From: Chrysomallon squamiferum
Lineage: Eukaryota > Animalia > Mollusca
Direction of reading: 5' to 3'
DNA: 64,000 nt
Assembly: GCA_012295275.1 (NCBI GenBank)
Contig: CM022672.1
Coordinates: 31,806,001-31,870,000, forward strand
In this document: positions 40,929 through 54,280 of the stretch, in pieces
How the letters are laid out: each line of letters starts with the position of its first letter
How positions within the stretch are numbered: the first letter of the stretch is position 1
The notes under the pieces: generated by a model
The model's input: only the letters and a program-made list of their open reading frames with translations
What the model was told of the DNA's origin: nothing
Databases searched by the model: none
Made by a program: the position numbers and the translations under genes

Positions 40929-41799
40929 ACTTTTTTTTTTACTTTATTAAAATACTTTCATAAAAATATTTCCATATATTGGTTTGTTATTTTCATTGTT
41001 TTTCAGTAATATTTTATTGTTACATCGTAGCATATTTCTTATACACAAAGAATTATAAATGTTAGTTTCATTTAATTTTTAAACTTCCGTTTTTTTTGCT
41101 TTTCTTTTGCTGTAGCTTATTTTATTTATTATTACTATTTTTTATGTAATTCTTTTAGAATCAGCATTTTGTTAGAATGCTAAATTTGTTTTAGTTCTTT
41201 AATCCAGAACTTATGTTTTAAATATGAAGAGATGTATTTATATTGCGACTGTTTATCATTAATGCACACATGAATCATTTTGTGTATTTTGTTATGTTCT
41301 TCTTAAATTTAATTTATTTATCGACTGTTCAACAAACACATACTTTGTAAACATAATTTATATGGCTGCTACTGTTCATTTTATATATACTGTTGTATTT
41401 AACTAAATTTTATACGTGTTTGTTTTACTTTATTTAGTTTATAAGAGTTCTAAGTTTTAAACAATATTTTTATTTGAAAACGTTTGAAATGTTAAAGAAG
41501 GTGATCATAGTCCATGACAAGAAACTTCCTATGTAGAATCTAAATAAACATAGCAATGTTGATAGAAGAATTACCTGAAAATGTTTTAGTTTAAAAAAAA
41601 GTTATTACAGCAAATTTGTTTGGATATTTATTTAAAATGTAGGAAAAGATAAATAATTTAAAATTCTGAAATATCTTAATTTTTTAATTTAATTTATCAT
41701 ATGTCAGGGGTTTTTGTTTAATGTATCGCAAATTGCAATATATATTCAACAAAGAAACATGCAAGAAACTTCCTTTAGAAAGTTTTTAAGATTTAATTC

Positions 41800-42110
41800 A
41801 CTGGGGGAGGGTGCACTGTAAAAGGCAATGTAAATCTGGTATCTGCCAATTTACAGATTGTTTTAACCAGCGAGCTTTCCTGAGATTAGTAGAGCAATTT
41901 CTTCCATTTGACATAGTAACTAAAAGTAATCATTGGTTAAGACATTCTTAAGATTTATGTGTATCACCCCATTTTTATAAGTCGAGGTTTCAGCAGAAAA
42001 ATAATATAAACCCTTATGACTGATTTTATTCCAGATTTCTTCTACACATCTATATGAGATAGATTTGTACTTCTTCAGAGTATAAGAAATCACTCCCACC
42101 CTCTGGTTAT
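41800..42110 (-). mobile_element. Possible ancient LINE endonuclease fragment
   Basis: Decayed pieces SDFLYSEEVQIYLI, NGVIHINLKNV and IYIAFYSAPSP occur in the order expected for APE-type endonuclease motifs. Confidence 0.25.
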
Positions 42111-42872
42111 GGAAATAAAAATTCTAAGGTTCTCAGTTTCAGCTTTCTTGATATAAAAGTTGAATGTCTATACACAGCTGTGATAATCAAAGTGTTTTTA
42201 ATGGTTCAGTTGTTTATCTTACCTATGTTTGTAGTTCTGAGACACCAGTTACAGGAAACATACACAATATTGACATGTGATGATATATTAGTTGCAAGGG
42301 AAAAGGCTTTCTTTGTTTTGCTATGGTCACAAATAATAATTCTTTAATATAAAGATTTTTTTCTTTTCTTCACAGTTCTTAATAATGTGGAGTTTTCAAT
42401 AGCTGAACTTTTCTTAGTCAATGCTGACAATTCCTCGGTTCCAGTGTTGTTATATTTAATAATATGATTATATTTCTGACTTGAAGCATAATATCTTCTA
42501 ATATCTGTCCGTGTTCAGCTGAAAGAATTTAAATTATTTAAATACCACGTCACTTTCATCTCCAGTAATAATTTTAATACACCTGGATACGACTATAAAA
42601 TCTTTCACAAACCCTAGAATACACGGACTTAAGTTGAATTTGAAATTATAGAATACTTTCACGAACATTATTTGAACACGTTGAAAATACTGAAATATCC
42701 AATCTCTTTTCTAGACTGTATGTGAGAGTAAAATCAGTACCTGTGTATTCATACTACATAGCAACTGTTTTTATTATTAGTTGGTTTCATCTGTCTCTAA
42801 AATGATCATTACAACTCAGTTTTATTATGCACCAAAATGTGATTTTCACTGAAATTCTACAAATTATATTAT

Positions 42873-42922
<50 letters not shown>

Positions 42923-43593
42923 ATAATAATAATAATAATAATAATACTATCATTATATGTTATGTATTTACTAATTATTACAGCTTAAGTGGGCAGGTTC
43001 CTATAACTATCACAGCAATATTATTTATGAAAGAGTTTTTATAAAATAATGATGATGATGATGATGATTATAATATCATGTTGCTGGTGATAACAATGAT
43101 AACAATATTGATGATGACGATTTAAGAAAAAATAAAAAATAAAATAAAGCCTGGGTAAAACAGAAATTGAAGTCTGAGGATGTTGTCGCACACGACGAGC
43201 TATGACATCACATTGGTGTTTTACTCATGACACGTCTGTTAAACAGGCAATGATATAACACGTTGACGTTGTTACCCTAAAGAAGATGTCTACGATTTTG
43301 GCTATGTGGGCTCTGGCTGATGAATGATATCACGTGACTGCTTCAGAGAAATCAAAGGAAGCAGAATGTCGAACTAATAGTTTTTCGTCAACATTTCGTT
43401 AACGATGACCAGTGCTGTCCTCTCGTGCGCACAGAACCAGTCCCATCATAATGACACTGTCTCCATCATATGACAGCACCTCCTGAGAAAAACACAACAA
43501 CAAAAAAAAAAAAGCCTCCATTCGTTATCCTCTTCATAAGAGACTTGCCGCCTAAAACATTTCCATACCTACTTTCAAGTGCAGCTACTTTTC

Positions 43594-43631
<38 letters not shown>

Positions 43632-43844
43632 AGTGAGTGTGTGTGCGTGTCTGCATGTCTATTACTAATACTACTGCCATCGCCATTACTACTACTATTA
43701 TGAGTATTACTACTACTACTACTGCTGCTACCACTACTAATTTTTCTACTATAACTACCATCAACATAACTACAACTATTACTAGTATCATTATTATTAT
43801 ATTATTATTACTACTGTTATTATCATTATAATGCTTTATGCATG

Positions 43845-43904
<60 letters not shown>

Positions 43905-43938
43905 TTATTATTATTGTTGTTGTTGTTGTTGTGCACTG

Positions 43939-44045
43939 TTATGTTATGAGTGCGGTAGTAATTCAACCTCCGAACGGATGTATCATCAAAGCAGGCTGCA
44001 GCAAAGCTGTGCTGGTGAAGGCTTATTAATATTCAGCCTGTTTCA
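43939..44045 (+). pseudogene. Decayed paralog of beta-MSP-like exon 3
   Basis: YVMSAVVIQPPNGCIIKAGCSKAVLVKAY*YSACF aligns with YGSSVGMGPIDVPDGCVIKKHGCDSLIVKTDNELLNCY. The acceptor position reads cacTG instead of cacAG, and there is an in-frame TAA at 44027-44029. Confidence 0.65.
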
Positions 44046-44334
44046 TCGTAGAATGTATCTATTTTTATGTCAAGCCAGGACGATTCAGGCGAATCATTCA
44101 GATAGAGAAATGACAGTGAAAGTATGAAAATAACTGCCTTTTCAAAATCATTTATTTATTGCCAATTTCTTCAAAAAAAAATATTTATTCAGAATAATGC
44201 AAATTTCATGTTGTATATTCTAATCTTGTACAGTTATGAAAGGTGTTATGAAAGAAATGAAGTGCTAGTTTCCAATTACATTGTTCCTGTTTCATCCTAA
44301 TTAAATATAAGTACTCCTGTTGGAGTCCAAATGG

Positions 44335-44367
<33 letters not shown>

Positions 44368-44734
44368 CTAGAGCTGATAAATGATGTTTAAGACATACAT
44401 ATATAAACTGAGAAACTGAGTTACCTCTCCTCACCCTTGAGCTAGGGTGCTAAATCCATCGTAACTAGATGAGATAGAAACAGGAATGAAAGGTTGTTTT
44501 GTACTGTATGATGACGATAGTATTATACCATCATGTAATAAATTATTCACCATTGCTGATCTCAGTTACTTGTCTCTTAGGATCTGATGATCTCTTTGTG
44601 ATTCGGTATAGTAAATTTATCACTCAAAGATCGTAACGTCCGTTTAAATGCACACACTTTCGATCGTTCGTTATTTTCTGTTTTCTTTCTTTAATTTTAA
44701 TTTTTTTTTCAGTTTTATTTTTATTTTTTTCTTG

Positions 44735-44795
<61 letters not shown>

Positions 44796-44956
44796 TGGTC
44801 AGATAGTTCAAAATACTTAAAATCGATACAATATTTGTTGCACGGTGCTAACCCTACTGTATAAATAAACATATTTATAAGAACAAGAAACTAACTCAAT
44901 CAAAATATATAAATTAAATGTACCGATGACACAATCGAGTGAGGCTACAGTATGTC

Positions 44957-45013
<57 letters not shown>

Positions 45014-45096
45014 CAGCAACAACAAAAATAATAAAACAACAGCAGCAATACTAATACTAATACCAATGCTACTGCTGCTGATGTTATTACTACTAT

Positions 45097-45134
<38 letters not shown>

Positions 45135-45529
45135 TAATAATAATAATAATAATAATAATAACGATAACAACAACCAAATCTTTTCTCCAAATGGTACAGT
45201 TAGAAACAAGCTTGACAACACATCTTTAGGCTATTGTTTCAGAGTATCAGAGATATGTTTTAATATCTGGTTCACTTTTTCGGTTGCATGATAATTTAAA
45301 CATTCATTATAATTCCAACATCACACCAGCTGCCAACTACGATAGCATGAAAAACAATAAATAAAACAATAATAATAATATCAAATAAAATAAAAATATC
45401 TAAAAAAACAACAACAAATAAATAGTAAAAAAGCTTTTAACTAAAAGATAAGATGAGATCTAAAACAAATACAATAAACTTGAATAATGGAAAAAAAAAG
45501 ATAAATTAAAATAGAATAAATTTAAATAA

Positions 45530-45583
<54 letters not shown>

Positions 45584-45690
45584 TAAAAATAAGATAAAAT
45601 AAGATGAAACATAAATTAAATTAAATCAAATAAGAAATACAAAATAATTATGATGAAACACGTTTCTGTCCACGTGTTTGTGTGTGTGTT

Positions 45691-45769
<79 letters not shown>

Positions 45770-45819
45770 AACAAAAGAGAAAAATAAAAGAGACAAATAT
45801 ATGTAATCATATTATCTAC

Positions 45820-45875
<56 letters not shown>

Positions 45876-46078
45876 ATGTTTGTGTGTGTATGTGTGTATA
45901 TGTATATGTATGTAAATGTATGAATGTATGTGTGTTTTAGTGTGCTTATGTATGTATATATACGTATGTATGTGTATGTATGTGTGTACCGATCGCCATT
46001 TTATATATACCAGCATTTCTGACACTCTGTCCATTTACTGAAAAACAATTGTCGTATATATAAACACAAACACACATA

Positions 46079-46152
<74 letters not shown>

Positions 46153-46461
46153 TTAGTGTTGTGTATGTGTCACTATATATGAATATTTATTTATTTATTT
46201 ATTTATTTCTATTTATTTCGATGTAGATATATACACATATACAGAGATACAGATATTTATTATTTATATATTTATTTTTTATTTGTATTTTTTTTTTTTT
46301 TTTTTTATTTTTTTATTACTATATTGTGTGTGGTTAATTTACATTTACATGTGTGAATCTCCTTATACATAAACTTCGGCTGGTTGTCAGCTTTGTAAAA
46401 ATCTTTTTGTTGCACAGTATTGTAATAAACAGCATCATTCTCCAAGTTCACTGAGTTAAAA

Positions 46462-46573
46462 ATGTCACATAGCTATACCAGATTGTTTGTGTTCATTCTT
46501 CTCAGAGTTGCTGATGTTCTAGTAACCTTGGATGCAAGTTGTTTGGTGAAGAGTATGGATACCTTCACAACAG
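46462..46573 (+). CDS. Beta-microseminoprotein (PSP94)-like secreted protein, exon 1 (signal peptide + first Cys)
   Basis: ATG at 46462 reads MSHSYTRLFVFILLRVADVLVTLDASCLVKSMDTFTT. Hydrophobic N-terminus with a plausible cleavage after LDA. Ends at AG|GTTTGT donor (phase 1), in frame with exon 2. Confidence 0.8.
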
Positions 46574-46688
46574 GTTTGTGTGTTAAACAACGCTGAAATG
46601 ACGACAACTAGCTATTGTTAGAGCAATCAAACGGCTCATGTTTGTTGGCCTTGTATTTTAATGATATTGGATTTAATATATACGTGTA

Positions 46689-46728
<40 letters not shown>

Positions 46729-46889
46729 TGCATAAACTGTACTTATATATATTAATTAGGTTTCACAAATGTGAGTGCTTTAGTGATATCATAGATTTCT
46801 ACAACATCCAGGTAGATGAAAACATATATATATATAAATAAATAAAAAAAATAAATATAAAAAAATGAAATGAAATGAAGCAAAATAGC

Positions 46890-46948
<59 letters not shown>

Positions 46949-47105
46949 ACACATATGTTTATGTATGCTATTATTTGTGTATCTCTTTAATTTTCTATCT
47001 CTCTGGCTGTTTTCCTGTCTGTCTGTTTCATACATTACACTTCTATTCTTTTGTTAACATGCAGACACAATAAAATGTTAGGTATATGCAAAGTTTCACG
47101 AACAT

Positions 47106-47196
<91 letters not shown>

Positions 47197-47228
47197 TAAT
47201 AATAAATTAAAACGTGTTATCATTGCAG

Positions 47229-47352
47229 AAGGCGGTGAAACAATATACTACTGCGAATATGACTATTACGTTATGCTGCCCGGCGAATATGTTAAACTGG
47301 AGAATAAATGTTTAGACTGCTACTGCAGAGACGGTTTGCTTTCTTGCTGTAG
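47229..47352 (+). CDS. Beta-microseminoprotein-like protein, exon 2
   Basis: Acceptor cattgcag|, translation EGGETIYYCEYDYYVMLPGEYVKLENKCLDCYCRDGLLSCC, donor AG|GTATGT (phase 2). The C-x2-C-x-C...CC motif is characteristic of the PSP94/beta-MSP family. Confidence 0.88.
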
Positions 47353-47502
47353 GTATGTACTGTCTTGCACTGATGTTTAATGAGACCATTTGTGATGGAC
47401 AATATAAAGCTGTTTCCGTTGTTGTTTCTGCTGTATATGATGATGTTGACGATGATGGTTACAGTTTCAAAATTTCCAATAGTCAGTCTCTCTCTCTCTC
47501 TC

Positions 47503-50500
47503 GTGGTCAACTCGTAGTAGTATTAGTAACAGTGGACAGTAGTGGTCAACTCGTAGTAGTATTACTAACAATGGTAGTAGTGATCAACTCGTAGTAGTAT
47601 TAGTAACAGTGGTTAGTAGTGGTCAACTCGTAGTAGTATTAGTAACAATGGTTAGTAGTGGTCAACTCGTAGTAGTATTAGTAACAGTGGTTAGTAGTGA
47701 TCAACTCGTAGTAGTATTAGTAACAGTGGTTAGTAGTGATCAACTCGTAGTAGTATTAGTAACAGTGGTTAGTAGTGATCAACTCGTAGTAGTATTAGTA
47801 ACAGTGGTTAGTAGTGGTCAACTCGTAGTAGTATTAGTAACAGTGGTTAGTAGTGGTCAACTCGTAGTAGTATTAGTAACAGTGGTTAGTAGTGATCAAC
47901 TCGTAGTAGTATTAGTAACAATGGTTAGTAGTGATCAACTCGCAGTGGTATTAGTAACAGTGGATAGTAGTGGTCAGCTTGTAGTAGTATTAGTAACAGT
48001 GGATAGTAGTGGTCAACTCGTAGTAGTATTAATAACAGTGGATGGTAGTGGCCAACTCGTAGTAGTATTACTAACAGTGGTAGTAGTGGTCAACTCGTAA
48101 TAGTATTAGTAACAGTGGATAGTAGTGGTCAACTGGTAGTAGTGTTAGTTACAGTGGTAGTAGTGGTCAACTCGTAGTAGTATTAGTAACAGTGGATAGT
48201 AGTGGTCAACTCGTAGTAGTATTAGTAACAGTGGATAGTAGTGGTCAACGTCGCAGTAGTATTAGTAACAGTGGATAGTATTGGTCAACTCGTAGTAGTA
48301 TTAGTAACAGTGGATAGTAATGGTCAACTCGTAGTAGTATTAGTAACAGTGGATAGTAATGGTCAACTCGTAGTAGTATTAGTAATAGTGGATAGTAGTG
48401 GTCAACTCGTAGTAGTATTAGTAACAGTGGATAGTAATGGTCAACTCGTAGTAGTATTAGTAACAGTGGATAGTAGTGGTCAACTGCTAGTAGTGTTAGT
48501 TACAGTGGTAGTAGTGGTCAACTCGTAGTAGTATTAGTAACAGTGGACAGTAGTGGTCAACTCGTAGTAGTATTAGTAACAGTGGATAGTAGTGGTCAGC
48601 TCGTAGTAGTATTAGTAACAGTGGATAGTAGTGGTCAACTCGTAGTACTATTAGTAACAGTGGACAGTAATGGTCAACGTCGCAGTAGTATTAGTAACAG
48701 TGGATAGTAGTGGTCAACTCGTAGTAGTATTAGTAACAGTGGATAGTAGTGGTCAACTCGTAGTAGTATTAGTAACAGTGGATAGTAGTGGTCAACTCGT
48801 AGTAGTATTAGTAACAGTGGTAGTAGTGGTCAACTCGTAGTAGTATTAGTAACAGTGGATAGTAGTGGTCAACGTTGTAGTAGTATTAGTAACAGTGGTA
48901 AGTAGTGGTCAACTCGTAGTAGTAGTATTAGTAACAGTGGATAGTAGTGGTCAACTCGTAGTAAGTAGTATTAGTAACAGTGGTTAGTAGTGGTCAACGT
49001 CGCAGTAGTATTAGTAACAGTGGATAGTAGTGGTCAACTCGTAGTAGTATTAGTAACAGTGGATAGTAGTGGTCAACGTCGTAGTAGTATTAGTAACAGT
49101 GGATAGTAGTGGTCAACTCGTAGTAGTATTAGTAACAGTGGACAGTAGTGGTCAACGTCGCAGTAGTATTAGTAACAGTGGATAGTAGTGGTCAACGTCG
49201 TAGTAGTATTAGTAACAGTGGATAGTAATGGTCAACAGTGGATAGTAGTAGTAGTAGTAGTAGTAATGGTCAGTCGTTGTAGTATTAGTTACAGTGGTAG
49301 TAGTGGTCAACTCGTAGTAGTATTAGTAACAGTGGATAGTAGTGGTCAACTCGTAGTAGTATTAGTAACAGTGGATAGTAATGGTCAACTCGTAGTAGTA
49401 TTAGTAACAGTGGATAGTAGTGGTCAACTGCTAGTAGTGTTAGTTACAGTGGTAGTAGTGGCCAACTCGTAGTAGTATTACTAACAGTGGTAGTAGTGGT
49501 CAACTCGTAATAGTATTAGTAACTGTTGATAGTAGTGGTCAACGTTGTAGTAGTATTAGTAACAGTGGTAAGTAGTGGTCAACGTTGTAGTAGTAATAGT
49601 AACAGTGGTAAGTAGTGGTCAACTCGTAGTAAATATATTAGTAACAGTGGTTAGTAGTGGTCAACGTCGCAGTAGTATTAGTAACAGTAATTAGTAGTAG
49701 TCAACTCGTAGTAGTATTAGTAACAGTGGATAGTAGTGGTCAACTCGTAGTAGTATTAGTAACAGTGGATAGTAGTGGTCAACGTCGCAGTAGTATTAGT
49801 AACAGTAATTAGTAGTGGTCAACTCGTAGTAGTATTAGTAACAGTGGATAGTAGTGGTAAACTGGTTGTAGTATCAGTAACAGTGGTAGTAGTGGTCAAC
49901 TCGTAGTAGTGTTAGTAACAGTGGTAGTAGTGGTCAACTGGTTGTAGTATTAGTAACAGTAATTAGTTGTGGTCAACTCGTAGTAGTGTTAGTAACAGTG
50001 GTTAGTAGTGGTCAACTCGTAGTAGTATTAGTAACAGTGGTTAGTAGTGGTCAACTCGCAGTAGCATTAGTAACTGTTGATAGTAGTGATCAACTCGTAG
50101 TAGTATTAGTAATAGTGGATAGCAGTGGTCAACTCGTAGTAGTATTAGTAATAGTGGATAGTAGTGGTCAACTCGTAGTAGTGTTAGTAACAGTGGTAGT
50201 AGTGGTCAACTTGTTGTAGTATTAGTAACAGTAATTAGTAGTGGTCAACTCGTAGTAGTGTTAGTAACAGTGGTTAGTAGTGGTCAACTCGTAGTAGTAT
50301 TAGTAACAGTGGTTAGTAGTGGTCAACTCGCAGTAGCATTAGTAACTGTTGATAGTAGTGATCAACTCGTAGTAGTATTAGTAATAGTGGATAGCAGTGG
50401 TCAACTCGTAGTAGTATTAGTAATAGTGGATAGTAGTGGTCAACTCGTAGTAGTATTAGTAACAGTGGATAGTAATGGTCAACTCGTAGTAGTATTAGTA

Positions 50501-52025
50501 ACAGTGGATAGTAGTGGTCAACTGCTAGTAGTGTTAGTTACAGTGGTAGTAGTGGTCAACTCGTAGTAGTATTAGTAACAGTGGACAGTAGTGGTCAACT
50601 CGTAGTAGTATTAGTAACAGTGGATAGTAGTGGTGAACTCGTAGTAGTATTAGTAACAGTGGATAGTAGTGGTCAACTCGGTGTACTATTAGTAACAGTG
50701 GACAGTAATGGTCAACGTCGCAGTAGTATTAGTAACAGTGGATAGTAGTGGTCAACTCGTAGTAGTATTAATAACAGTGGATAGTAGTGGCCAACTCGTA
50801 GTAGTATTACTAACAGTGGTAGTAGTGGTCAACTCGTAATAGTATTAGTAACTGTTGATAGTAGTGGTCAACGTTGTAGTAGTATTAGTAACAGTGGTAA
50901 GTAGTGGTCAACGTTGTAGTAGTAATTGTAACATTGGTAAGTAGTGGTCAACTCGTAGTAAATATATTAGTAACCGTGGTTAGTAGTGGTCAACGTCGCA
51001 GTAGTATTAGTAACAGTAATTAGTAGTGGTCAACTCGTAGTAGTATTAGTAACAGTGGATAGTAGTGGTCAACTCGTAGTAGTATTAGTAACAGTGGATA
51101 GTAGTGGTCAACGTCGCAGTAGTATTAGTAACAGTAATTAGTAGTGGTCAACTCGTAGTAGTATTAGTAACAGTGGATAGTAGTGGTAAACTGGTTGTAG
51201 TATCAGTAACAGTGGTAGTAGTGGTCAACTCGTAGTAGTGTTCTTAACTGTGGTAGTAGTGGTCAACTGGTTGTAGTATTAGTAACAGTTATTAGTAGTG
51301 GTCAACTCGTAGTAGTGTTAGTAACAGTGGTTAGTAGTGGTCAACTCGTAGTAGTATTAGTAACAGTGGTTAGTAGTGGTCAACTCGCAGTAGCATTAGT
51401 AACTGTTGATAGTAGTGATCAACTCGTAGTAGTATTAGTAATAGTGGATAGCAGTGGTCAACTCGTAGTAGTATTAGTAATAGTGGATAGCAGTTATCAA
51501 CTCGTAGTAATATTAGTAACAGTGGTAGTAGTGATCAACTCGTAGTAGTATTAGTAACAGTGGTTAGTAGTGATCAACTCGTAGTAGTATTAGTAACAGT
51601 GGTTGGTAGTGGTCAACATCGTAGTAGTATTAGTAACAGTGGTTAGTAGTGGTCAACATCGTCGTAGTATTAGTAACAGTGGTTAGTAGTGGTCAACTCG
51701 TAGTAGTATTAGTAACAGTGGATAGTAGTGGTCAACATCGTAGTAGCATTAGTAACAGTGGTTAGTAGTGGTCAACGTAGTAGTAGTGTTAGTAACAGTG
51801 GTTGGTAGTGGTCAACATCGTAGTAGCATTAGTAACAGTGGTTAGTAGTGGTCAACGTTGTAGTAGTATTAGTAACAGTGGTTAGTAGTGGGCAACATCG
51901 TAGTAGCATTAGTAACAGTGGTTAGTAGTGGTCAACGTTGTAGTAGTATTAGTAACAGTGGTTAGTAGTGGTCAACTCTTAGTAGTATTAGTAACAGTGG
52001 TTAGTAGTGGTCAAGTCGTAGTAGT
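47503..52025. repeat. ~4.5-kb intronic minisatellite, 39-bp unit (~115 copies)
   Basis: GTAGTAGTATTAGTAACAGTGGATAGTAGTGGTCAACTC repeated with variants. Fills nearly all of beta-MSP-like intron 2. Confidence 0.97.
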
Positions 52026-52073
52026 AATATAGTAATAAAGTAATAAAAACAGTGATATGTTTGACATACACAG

Positions 52074-52224
52074 GTATGGTTCGAGTGTGGGAATGGGCCC
52101 AATCGATGTACCAGATGGATGTGTTATCAAGAAACATGGTTGTGACAGTTTGATTGTGAAAACTGACAATGAGTTACTGAACTGCTACACGGGAGAATAC
52201 ATTCACATTGTCCAGTGGAAGTAA
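52074..52224 (+). CDS. Beta-microseminoprotein-like protein, exon 3 (terminal)
   Basis: Acceptor catacacag| is phase-compatible. Translation RYGSSVGMGPIDVPDGCVIKKHGCDSLIVKTDNELLNCYTGEYIHIVQWK*. Completes a 128-aa protein with 10 Cys. ATTAAA follows ~20 nt after the stop. Confidence 0.85.
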
Positions 52225-53049
52225 GACTACAGCATTAATGTTTGTAATTAAATTCGTCAACCCTTCACGAAATATTAGTTTTCTGTCGGGAACTGTGTAG
52301 ATTGAAATGTATCTCTCTAGCTGTCTGATGGTCAGTCTGTCTATCTGTCTGTCTATCTGTCTATCTAACTACTTATATCGCTGTGTATGTTTATCTATAT
52401 CTCTGTCCGTTTCTCTATATCCATTCATGTGTGTCTCTAATTCTGTATATGTAGTTGTATCTCTATATCTATTAGTATGTCTATATATGTGTGTATATAT
52501 GTATGTCAAGACAATATTCCTGTGCATTTTTACCATATGCTCTAACTTCAGGTATCTGAAGAGACACTGCACTGGATCTTGCATTGATATTATGTTTGTA
52601 TCTAGTTAATTTGAAAACAGTACTTAGGTAATCTGTGATTGTGCTGTTTAGAATAATATGGGCAATATTTAGTTTGATTTGTTTGGAACGGAGTTCCATC
52701 CGGCAGTATATTGACCAATCTAATCTGATTTGCTCCAATATATTTGCGAGGGGTTTACTGCAAAAATAAGGATAATTTTTTTATTTTCTTTTATTTTCTT
52801 TATTTTTTTAATTATTATTATTTTTTTTTTTTGGATTACATTTTATCCTAGTTTAGTATTTCTTCGTCAGTCCAAAATACAAATATGATCTAGCACTGGA
52901 TTAGTGTTGAAGTTAGCATGCTGTTTGTTTCCAGATAGACAACATATAGAAAACCTTTAAATTTGAATTTGTTTTACTATTAATTTTGTGTGCAATACAG
53001 TTTCCAGCGAAACACAGGGCAAATTCGACACACAAGTATTTAATTTTCG

Positions 53050-53243
53050 TCTGTGCATTATCTGTACATTGTCTGAGCATTGTCTGTACATTGTCTGTAC
53101 ATTGTCTGTGCATTGTCTGTACATTGTCTGTACATTGTCTGTGCATTGTCTGTGCATTGTCTGTGCATTGTCTGTGCATTGTCTGTACATTGTCTGTACA
53201 TTGTCTGTACATTGTCTGTGCATTGTCTGTACATTGTCTGTAC
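53050..53243. repeat. 11-bp tandem repeat CATTGTCTGT(A/G), ~17 copies
   Basis: Read directly from the sequence; explains the repetitive ORFs at 52913-53336. Confidence 0.95.
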
Positions 53244-54162
53244 ACTGGTCTTGATGAAATTGCTTGTTGCCTCAGGTGCTCGTTACCTTGTTTAGGGGAC
53301 ATAGGCGTTTACAATACTAAGACAGTAAATCTTTAATTGTGACAGAAACGTAAACATCGTGATGGTATAATTTACTAGATAAATAACATATATCAACAAA
53401 AATGCAGTTTGAGTTATTTATTTATTAAAATAATATACAAGAAAATAAAGGCAACTAAATTATTTACGGTTTTATGAAAAGCTGAGTTAAAATGCCTAAT
53501 CAGTTGAATCAATTAAAGGCGGAATCGGTCATGGGAGAATCAAGTAGTTTCGTGAACAGAGCTTATGTTAAACAAATACGCTGTTAATAACACTACCTAA
53601 TGAAGATAATAAATGTAACTTCAAAATTAAAAAAAAAGTTAAGTTTTAGAAAAACGTCTTCACGTATTTTACTGTAAAAAAATATTAACTGATGATCAAA
53701 CAGAACTTTAATTATTAGCATACATCGGCAGTTAAAGACACATGGTTTACTTATAATAATATTAATACATATTTAATATTTGTCGCTACTTCATCTTTTG
53801 TCTGTTTCAAATATATAGAGCCTATAATTAACATATAACATTAGTACCTTAATAAAATATATATAGTTAAAAGAACTGTATCTAACGAAATACAGTTTCA
53901 TAGATAACCGGGTTTTACGTTAAAGAAAGACATGATTGTCTTTGACACAAAGAGAATTGACTCAGTCTTTCCCAGGTGGAGAGATAATTTATTGTCGGTT
54001 AGCAACTCCTTGTTAATTCTGGTTCATTTCAAAATTCGAGCTGAATATCTCTTGTATTTCTGCATTGCACTATCAGTGCAGAACCGTCGGCATAGAAAAC
54101 TAACTGATGAACGCTACATCTAACTGTGGCGAAAGTGAAAGTAACGTCAACGATTTCTTCCA

Positions 54163-54280
54163 CCTCATGTCGCTCATGTAATAGGAGCGAAACCAGTTTA
54201 GTGTCGAGTCAATGAGTCTTACAGCGTTTAACAGCTGGAACAAAATGTCATGATCAGCGATATCAAAGGCGTTCACAATT
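54163..54280 (-). mobile_element. LINE (CR1/L2-like) reverse-transcriptase fragment
   Basis: Minus-strand translation NAFDIADHDILFQLLNAVRLIDSTLNWFRSY resembles the RT motif KAFDTVDHxILLxKL...LxWFxSYL. Confidence 0.65.

Noticed and set aside
47355-51545. Repetitive VVVLVTVDSSGQL ORFs as a structural or mucin-like protein
   Set aside because: The frame is repeatedly broken by 38/40-bp unit variants, and the array lies between phase-compatible exons of the beta-MSP-like gene.
52913-53336. MHRQCTDNVQT repeat protein
   Set aside because: An artefact of an 11-bp tandem repeat that is open in several frames on both strands.
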